Below are positions 29,332-36,500 of a DNA stretch of 64,000 bases, in pieces. Made by a program: the position numbers and the translations under genes. Origin of the DNA: an uncultured Clostridia bacterium (lineage in GTDB: Bacteria > Bacillota > Clostridia > Christensenellales > CAG-917); contig CASECZ010000004.1 of NCBI GenBank assembly GCA_949286725.1, positions 23,159-87,158 on the forward strand, written 5' to 3'. Below the pieces are notes generated by a model, which saw only the letters and a program-made list of their open reading frames with translations, did no database searches and had not been told where the DNA came from. Each line of letters opens with the position of its first letter. Position 1 is the first letter of the stretch.

Positions 29332-29883
29332 TCACTCGTTGATGACGGTGAGGAATTTCGCGGGGTTGCCGCCCATCGCAAGTTGCGCGTGCGGATAGGA
29401 GGGGTCGAAGTAGATACTGTCGCCCGCCCGCAGGAAATATTCCTTGTTGTCGACTATGACGCGCAGTTCGCCTTCCAGGACGTAGTTGAATTCCTGCCCG
29501 CCGTGCACCACCAGTTCGGGAGCGTCGGTAGGGGCAATCGTGACGAGCATGGGGCTCATCGTCTTGTTCTTGAAATCTCCGCCCAGCGACGTGAAGGAAT
29601 AGCCTTCGTAACGCTTGATGGACGGGCCTTTGCCGTCGTACACGACGTTGACCTTGTCCTTGGAAGGCAGAAATCCTTGCAGCACGTAAGTGGGCTCGGT
29701 GTCCATTATGGACGCGAACTTGTAAATCAGGTTGATGGGAATCTCGCTCTCGCCGCTCTCATATGCCACGTATTCCGCCTCGTCAATGTCGAGCAGTTCC
29801 GCCATTTTCGCGGTGGAATAGTCCGAGAACGTGCGCAGTTCCTGCAACCGTTTGGATATTGCTTCGATGTCTTTGCTGTGCAT
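29332..29883 (-). CDS. XRE-family HTH transcriptional regulator with C-terminal cupin domain
   Basis: 183 aa. The N-terminal HTH is ISKRLQELRTFSDYSTAKMAELLDIDEAEYVAYESG. The C-terminal cupin strands are HGGQEFNYVLEGELRVIVDNKEYFLRAGDSIYFD. Confidence 0.8.
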   Translation of the reverse strand: MHSKDIEAISKRLQELRTFSDYSTAKMAELLDIDEAEYVAYESGESEIPINLIYKFASIMDTEPTYVLQGFLPSKDKVNVVYDGKGPSIKRYEGYSFTSLGGDFKNKTMSPMLVTIAPTDAPELVVHGGQEFNYVLEGELRVIVDNKEYFLRAGDSIYFDPSYPHAQLAMGGNPAKFLTVINE

Positions 29884-29890
29884 TTTTACC

Positions 29891-30085
29891 TCACAGAACG
29901 GCGTTGAGTTTCTTGACCAACTCGTCTACGTCGATACCGTGCACTGCGGCGGCTTCTTCTATGGTTTCGCCGTGTGCAAGCATGCAATGCAGGCAATGCA
30001 TGCCGCTCTCCTGCAACACCGTGGCGAGTTTTTCGGAATCGCCCTGTTGAAGTGCGTCGATGATGAGCATGTCTTTGGTTATCAT
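29891..30085 (-). CDS. DUF1858-like small protein (hybrid-cluster-protein-associated redox disulfide-type domain)
   Basis: 64 aa, MITKDMLIIDALQQ...GMHCLHCMLAHGETIEEAAAVHGIDVDELVKKLN; strong GGAGG RBS. Confidence 0.65.
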   Translation of the reverse strand: MITKDMLIIDALQQGDSEKLATVLQESGMHCLHCMLAHGETIEEAAAVHGIDVDELVKKLNAVL

Positions 30086-30134
30086 AACTACCTCCGTTAT
30101 TGGATTGAATTTCTCTTTGCAGGGGCGTCCTGCG

Positions 30135-31187
30135 TCAGAACAGCCCCAGGAAATGGCATACGAGTACGCTTATTATTCCCAGCCCGACCAGCACCGTAAA
30201 CAGCACTTTCGGTATGGATACTGGCGTCTTGCCCGTGGATTTGCCCGTCCGTCCGTTGACGAGAAAACTGTACAGTTTGTCGCGGAATTTATAACCGCAC
30301 ACCCACACGGGCAAAAGCATGTAGTTGAATTTTATGTCGGAATACTGCGCGGACACGTTCAGATATCCGACGTGGTCGTATTTGTATTGCGCAAGAATGG
30401 ACGCTCTGAGGTCCGCCTCCATTATGTCGCGCGCCGTGCCGAAGGAGTTGTCGAGAGAGTCGTTGTATCTCTCTGCGGAGAAGCCCGCAAGGTACTCTCT
30501 TCTGTACTGCTCGGACGTGACGGTGTCGAACGGCAGGATTTTTTCCATCTCGGGTTGCGTAAGGCGCGAACTTGCCTCGACGACTATGTCGGAATAGTTT
30601 TTGCCGTAACTGCCGCTTATGTTGAACCAACGCGTGCGTGTTTCGACGCGCGAGTTCCCTTTGGCGTCGCGCACGGTCACGTAATAGTCCTCGCCCAGCT
30701 GACCGTCGTATGTGGCAAACGTGTTTGCCGCGAACACGAAGGAAGGCACGTATATTCCCTTGAAGTGCTCTGCCTTGAAGTTCTTTTTCAGCTTGGTAGG
30801 CGCATACAGACGGCGTTTGAGCCATTTTTTGCCCGCTTCGAGAGCCTTGTCGCGCGGCAGAATGAAAGGCAGAATGCTGTCGGGTTTGAGCCCCGCAAGT
30901 TGTTCCTTGCGCACGATGTTGGTCGCGCCGCAGAAAGGACACTCCGTCGTGGTGGCGAAGTTCTCCATCTCCACGGTGGCACCGCAGTTGGGGCACTCGT
31001 AACTCGACGACCCTTCCACGACGTCGCCTTCCGCGCGCTCGCTTATGAAGTCGCGCTTTGCGACTATGTGCTTCTCGACGACCTTCTTGGTGTCGCAATA
31101 GTCGCAATGCAACGCCCCCATTGCAGGGTCGTACACCATATCCGCCCCGCAACCGGGACACTTGACTACCGATACGGTTTCAGCCAT
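30135..31187 (-). CDS. YdjG-like zinc-ribbon membrane protein (two N-terminal zinc ribbons, one C-terminal TM helix)
   Basis: 350 aa with CPGCG...CDYC and CPNCG...CPFCG, and the C-terminal TM segment VLFTVLVGLGIISVLVCHFLGLF. It lies directly downstream of the SPFH gene. Confidence 0.7.
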   Translation of the reverse strand: MAETVSVVKCPGCGADMVYDPAMGALHCDYCDTKKVVEKHIVAKRDFISERAEGDVVEGSSSYECPNCGATVEMENFATTTECPFCGATNIVRKEQLAGLKPDSILPFILPRDKALEAGKKWLKRRLYAPTKLKKNFKAEHFKGIYVPSFVFAANTFATYDGQLGEDYYVTVRDAKGNSRVETRTRWFNISGSYGKNYSDIVVEASSRLTQPEMEKILPFDTVTSEQYRREYLAGFSAERYNDSLDNSFGTARDIMEADLRASILAQYKYDHVGYLNVSAQYSDIKFNYMLLPVWVCGYKFRDKLYSFLVNGRTGKSTGKTPVSIPKVLFTVLVGLGIISVLVCHFLGLF

Positions 31188-31190
31188 AAA

Positions 31191-32312
31191 TTACTTTATT
31201 TTCGCGCCGCACTCGGGGCAGAATTTCACGCCCGCTTTCACGTCGGCACCGCACTTGGGGCACTTTGCCGCAAGTGATTGTCCGCACTCGGGGCAGAACT
31301 TTGCTTTTGCGGACACCGCAGCACCGCATTTGGAGCAGACGGTCTTGCCTGCTGGCACGTTCTTTGCGCCGCACTCGGGGCAGAACTTGGCGTCCGCATG
31401 CATTTCCGCACCGCATTTTGCGCATTTGGCTTTCGGGGTACTCTTGCCCGCCGCGTCGAGGTTGTCGGCGAACTGCCCTGCCATTCTCGCGCCGAGACCG
31501 AGACCCATTCCCGCCGCCGCGAACATACCGCCGGAACCGGGGTTGCGTGCCGCGTCGCGCATTGCCTGCACGGACTCGTACTGCGCGTATTCGGACATCT
31601 TGTCGCCGAACACGCCGAGCGTGGTGCGCTGATCCATGGCTTTCTCGACGGCCTCGGGCAGCTTGAAGTTGCGGATGATAATCTGATCGACCGCAAGTCC
31701 CAGCGTGCCGAAACGGGCGCAGGCGTGGTCACGCGCCGTGTCGCCGAGTTCGAGATAGTTCGCCGCGAGATCGAGCGCGGGGATCTGGCATTCGCCGAGC
31801 AGATCCGTAAGCTCGGCAAGCACGATGCTGCGCAGATAGTCGGTGATGTCTTCCGTGGAATAGGAATGTATGGTGCCGAAACACTCGCGCATGAATTTCG
31901 CGGGGTCGCACACGTGGAAACTGTATTCGCCGTGTCCCATGACCCTTATCATGCCGAAGTCCTTGTCGCGCATCATAATGGGATTTGCGGTGCCCCATTT
32001 CATACCTATGAACTGTTTGAGGCTGACAAAGTAAACGTCGGACTTGATGGGCATGTCGAAGCCGTATTTCCAAGCGCCGAGTTTGGACAGAATGGGCGTG
32101 TTGTCGGGGGTTATCTTCCAGGTGCCCGCCGTGAAAACGTCGGCAATCTGACCTTCCGTAACGAATATCGCCGCCTGCGATTCGCGCACGACGATCTGCG
32201 AGCCTTTCATTATCTCGTATCTGTCGGGCACGGGAAATTTATAGACCATCGTCGAGGAATCCTGTTCCGTCCAGGCGATGACTTTCAGTAAGTTCTTTTT
32301 AATGAATCCCAT
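31191..32312 (-). CDS. SPFH/band-7-like protein (YdjI-like) with three C-terminal zinc-ribbon repeats
   Basis: 373 aa, MGFIKKNLLKVIAWTEQDSSTMVYKFP...IVVRESQAAIFVTEGQIADVF.... The tail is KCAKCGAEMHADAKFCPECGAK / CSKCGAAVSAKAKFCPECGQS / CPKCGADVKAGVKFCPECGAK. Confidence 0.75.
   Translation of the reverse strand: MGFIKKNLLKVIAWTEQDSSTMVYKFPVPDRYEIMKGSQIVVRESQAAIFVTEGQIADVFTAGTWKITPDNTPILSKLGAWKYGFDMPIKSDVYFVSLKQFIGMKWGTANPIMMRDKDFGMIRVMGHGEYSFHVCDPAKFMRECFGTIHSYSTEDITDYLRSIVLAELTDLLGECQIPALDLAANYLELGDTARDHACARFGTLGLAVDQIIIRNFKLPEAVEKAMDQRTTLGVFGDKMSEYAQYESVQAMRDAARNPGSGGMFAAAGMGLGLGARMAGQFADNLDAAGKSTPKAKCAKCGAEMHADAKFCPECGAKNVPAGKTVCSKCGAAVSAKAKFCPECGQSLAAKCPKCGADVKAGVKFCPECGAKIK
31207..31384 (-). 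repeat. three divergent DNA repeats encoding the zinc-ribbon units of the SPFH protein tail
   Basis: The core ccgcactcggggcagaa recurs at 31207..31223, 31283..31299 and 31368..31384, with periods of 76 and 85 nt. Confidence 0.8.
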
Positions 32313-32330
32313 ATGAACCTCCGTTTATAT

Positions 32331-32358
32331 ATTATAACATATCGGCGTCAAAATTCAA
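32331..32358 (-). promoter_or_regulatory. sigma-70-like promoter of the SPFH operon (TTGAAT-16-TGtTATAAT)
   Basis: On the minus strand the -35 is at 32353..32358 and the extended -10 TATAAT at 32331..32336. It abuts the 3' end of the AEC gene. Confidence 0.55.
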
Positions 32359-32361
32359 TAT

Positions 32362-33396
32362 CTATTGAAACAACAGCATGAGCACCGGAATGGTGATTAT
32401 GCAAAGCAAAGTGGACAACAAAATCGTGTTCGCCGCCGTCTTCTGGTCCGCACCGTAGATTTCGGCGAGGTTGAGGTTTATCGACGCGGACGGCATGCCC
32501 GACAATATGACCAGCGCGATGCGCATCATGCTGTCCATCTCAAAGGGCAACAACACAACGTACATCACCAGCGGGAACACCAGTATCTTTATCAGCGTTG
32601 CGACGTACACCCTCTTGTCCGTGAACAAATCCTTGACGGGAGCGACGGCAAAGCGCATGCCCAGAATTATCATGCACATGGGTGCCGTCATATCCGCAAG
32701 ATAGCCGATTATCTTTATGAGTGCCACAGGCAGACTGTCGAGCGTAACTTTGCCGAAGAACAGCGGCAACGCAACGAACAACGTCAACATCTGCGGGTTG
32801 AGAATTGCTTTTTTCAGACTGACGTACTTCTTGTCGCCCGTGAGAACGTACGACCCCACCGTCCAGCACATGAGGTTCATCGACACTATGTAGACCGCGG
32901 AATAAGCAATCGCCTCCGGATTGGACGGAAACAGCATCTGCAAAACGGGCACGCCGAAGAATCCCACGTTGCCGAAAGTGGCGGCAAGCGTCATAACCCT
33001 GTACGCTCTGCCACGCACGGTCGACGTTATGAGCGCGTTGAGGTCGGGCTCGTAGGTCAGCGTATGCCCGCCTATATACCCTTCCGCAATCAGCATCGCG
33101 CTGTCCTCGGGCTTGTCGAACTTCTTTGCCAGTATCAGCCACAGTATGCAGAACAGCGCGCCCTGCGCAAGCATGGACACCCCGAAAACTATGGCGAGAT
33201 TTATGGCAAGCGAGGGACTGTATTCCACCTGCAAAAAGGAGCGCAACGACAAAAACGGCTGGCAAACGTAAAGCAACAGCGCGGAAAAATAGGCAATGGA
33301 AGAAGGCTTGACCACCTTGGCTTTCATCAGTATAAATCCGGGAATTGCCATTGCGACCAGCAAAAGCACGTTTACGGCTGTGGTGGTGAAATCCAT
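32362..33396 (-). CDS. AEC (auxin efflux carrier) family transporter
   Basis: Track ORF 32362..33474 trimmed to MDFTTTAVNVLLLVAMAIPGFILMK (ATG 33396, RBS AAGGAGAGGG). The 344-aa product has about 10 TM helices. Confidence 0.85.
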   Translation of the reverse strand: MDFTTTAVNVLLLVAMAIPGFILMKAKVVKPSSIAYFSALLLYVCQPFLSLRSFLQVEYSPSLAINLAIVFGVSMLAQGALFCILWLILAKKFDKPEDSAMLIAEGYIGGHTLTYEPDLNALITSTVRGRAYRVMTLAATFGNVGFFGVPVLQMLFPSNPEAIAYSAVYIVSMNLMCWTVGSYVLTGDKKYVSLKKAILNPQMLTLFVALPLFFGKVTLDSLPVALIKIIGYLADMTAPMCMIILGMRFAVAPVKDLFTDKRVYVATLIKILVFPLVMYVVLLPFEMDSMMRIALVILSGMPSASINLNLAEIYGADQKTAANTILLSTLLCIITIPVLMLLFQ

Positions 33397-33421
33397 ACCC
33401 TCTCCTTTTGCGTTTTTTCTT

Positions 33422-33450
33422 ATTATACGGGCGACGCGCTCATAAATCAA
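33422..33450 (-). promoter_or_regulatory. sigma-70-like promoter of the AEC transporter gene (TTGATT-17-TATAAT)
   Basis: On the minus strand the -35 is at 33445..33450 and the -10 at 33422..33427, just downstream of the giant-gene terminator. Confidence 0.55.
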
Positions 33451-33480
33451 GCGCGCGGTGCAGATTTCCTTCAACGCATA

Positions 33481-33505
33481 AAAAACGGAGGGCTTGTGCC
33501 CTCCG
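33481..33505 (-). terminator. rho-independent terminator of the giant gene
   Basis: 8-bp stem cggagggc/gccctccg (33486..33493 and 33498..33505) with a 4-nt loop. On the minus strand it is followed by TTTTT (33481..33485). It lies 31 nt after the stop codon. Confidence 0.8.
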
Positions 33506-33535
33506 CTTTCCGTTGTTGTAAAGCCCGTACAACCG

Positions 33536-36500
33536 TCAGACCGTAACCGTGGAAGCCGTACCTTTGATTTGCGCCTTGGGAACGGTGATATATCTCGGGC
33601 TTTCCGCAGTGCCTACGTTGACCGTCTCGGTGTCGAGAACTCTGCCTGCCGCGTCGATGACCGCACCCACGTAAGGAGTGAGGTTGTATTCAACCGACCT
33701 GTCCGCAATCTTCGGTATGGTGTAGGTTTCCTCGGTAGATGCAAACGTCACGTAATACTTTGCTTCGCTTGCGTCGCCGTTGTACTTGACCGTTGCGGTG
33801 CCGTGCCACACGACGTAGACGCTGTATCCGTTAACCGTGGTCTTGGTCGTAAGCGTCGTACCCGCCTTCAGGCTTGTCGTGGTATCGGTCAGTTTAACCG
33901 CAGGCACGCTGAGTTTGATGCTGAGACGCTGACCGTTGCCGATCTGCAACGCCGCACGTCCTTCGCCGCCGGTCTTGGCAAGGTCGACCGTCATATTGAG
34001 CGTGGTAGGCATCGCAACCGCGATGTAGCTGTAATCCGTCGTATAGTCGCCGCCGTCAACTTTGGCGAACGTTCCGTCGGCGTAGGTGTATTTGCTGAAA
34101 TACACTTTGTAACCCTTGGGCAGGCTCTGCGTCGCCGCGTCGTAAGGATTGATGGTGTGCGTTTCGTTGGATACACCGAACGTTGTGCTGCCGACTTCGG
34201 TGCCGAACGTGAACCCTTCGGTTCCGCCCTTGATGCCTTCAATCTTGGTGACGAGCACTCTGTAGACGTTGAATTCGATTGCGTATTCCTGCGTGCTGCC
34301 GTCGGGACCGGTGAGCAATGCGGTGAGTTCGGCTATACCGCCGAGATAGTTGACCTTCATCGTGCTGGTCTTCCATTCGAGCTTGTAAGACGCATCGGCT
34401 TCGCTGTAAGTCTGCAAGTTGCCGTTGTCATAGTTGACGGCGAGCGTGTCGGGCAACTTGTTCTTGAAGGAAACCATGCTGAAATCGTAAGGATTGATGA
34501 TTTCTTTCTGCAAATCGGTTATGACCGTGTTCATACCGTCGGCAAGTCCCGTTACGTTGTGCGAAACGACTTCCGCCATCGCCTTTCTGACGGTTTGCTT
34601 TTTGATGGTGAGTGTGGTTTCTTCCTTACCCGCCGCCGCGTCGTTTCTGCCGATTTCGAGAGCATTGACTTCGATGGCCAGCGTATAAGTGCCGCCCTGA
34701 TAATCCATACCGATGGTCGCGAAGTCGCATTTGACGCCGACACCCGCAATTTGTTTGCCATCGGCAGTAACCAGCGTTGCGGTCGTGGGGAAGAATTCCT
34801 CACTGAGTTTGATACCGCTGAACGGATCGAAGTGATAGGTCTGCGTGTCAATATCGAAGTAGTTGAGATAACCGTCTTCGGTACCGTTGGTTGCGAAGTT
34901 ACCGTCGGTTGCGAAAGCTATGCGCGTTACAACTGCGCTTTCGCCCTCGCCTTCCGTAACCTTCCTGACGTTCTTGCTCTCTTTGAAGTCGTCCGCACTG
35001 AACAGAATGTTCACCGCCGTTGCATCTTCGAAATTGAGCGGTACGCTTACGCTGACTTCTTTGGACGCCGCACCACTCTGCTTGATAATCGCAGAAGTGT
35101 TCCTGACGCCGCCCGCGTAGGTGTAGGTAAGACCCGCATGATCCCAACGGCTGACGGTAATCGTATCTGCCGCCGTGTAGACGAACACATACTCACCATC
35201 TTTTACGAGCGAATACGTTCTGGTCGACTCGTCGTAATCGTAGCGGTTGCCGCCCAACACTTTGTATGCGTACTGTTTGTACACGCTGTCCGCAGCTTCG
35301 TAATCCGCATATTTGACGAACTTGCCGTCGACGAAGTACACGAAGTCGTTTTTGTAACCGTCATTGTTGAACGGAGTGACGGACTCGTACGCGTTGAAGT
35401 TGTAACGAAGCGTTACGAGATCGTCCGCCGCGATGGTGGAGTTGTAACGCGTGATACGCACTGCCTTGAAGGTGATGCCGATGTTCAGAGTGCCCACAAC
35501 AAGGTCTGCGTTCTTGATTTCGAGTTGCACGTTGGTTTCCGACGTCGTATTGCTGGAGAAGTCCGCGGGCAGAGTCACTTTGTCCTCTTTCACGGAAACG
35601 TCATACTCCACGCTTGCGTTGGATCCCGCGAAGGTGAGCACTATGCTGTCAAACGGATTGCCTTTGCCGAACATGGCTCCCTCTTTGTATTCGAAGGAGT
35701 TGTAGAAGGTTATCGCGGTGGGCAGCCCGGTGTCTCTGTCGTAAGACACTTCGATGACCTGTCCGTTCTCGCCCTCGCCGAAGTTGGTGTAGGTGCGGAC
35801 GATCGTCGAGAATCTGCGCACTTCGCCGATGAACGTGTATCCGTCGGGGACGAACTCGGAGTCGGCTATCGTACGTGCTATGACGATCATGGGTACGGTG
35901 TAATTGTAGACCGTGCCGTTCTCGTCGGTGAACGTGATGGCGAAGTCGTCATTGCGGTACCCCTCGACGGGAAGTGCCGCATCGTTGCCCCACTCCACGG
36001 TGCCCCAGTTGACGTTGAGCGTCTTGGTCGTGCCGTCGGATACCGTCACTTCGAGGGTCTTGGGCAGCGTTGCGACGAATGCAGCGTAGCTCGCCCACTT
36101 GTAAGGATCGACGATTATCGTGCGATATGCGGGGTCGTTGATCTTGGAGGCGGACGACGTGCTGTTTTCGCCGAGCACGTTGTTGATCGCGTCGGAGACT
36201 TCGCCGTTTGCCGCAAGCGTGACCATGACGGGATATTCCGCATTGCCCGCGGCGGACTTCACGGTAAGCAGCGCCGTATCGACGTCCGCTTCCGCGTCGT
36301 ATTTGAATCCGTTCCAATCGAAGGTCGCGAACGTCTCCTCACCCGTCACGGCGTTGACGACGGTGCCCGTGGTGGGCAGCGCGCCGTACAACTGTGCCGA
36401 GCTTTCGATTGTGTATTCCAGATAGCCCTCGTTGCCCATATAGGCCTCGGAGCCGTCGTTGAAGTTCATTGCCACCGCCTTGGGTGCGTCGGTGACCGCA

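Noticed and set aside
30119-30133. Hairpin GCAGG-ggcgt-CCTGC after the YdjG-like gene considered as a terminator.
   Set aside because: There is no U-run on the minus strand, and the next gene's RBS follows within 40 nt. The genes are probably co-transcribed.
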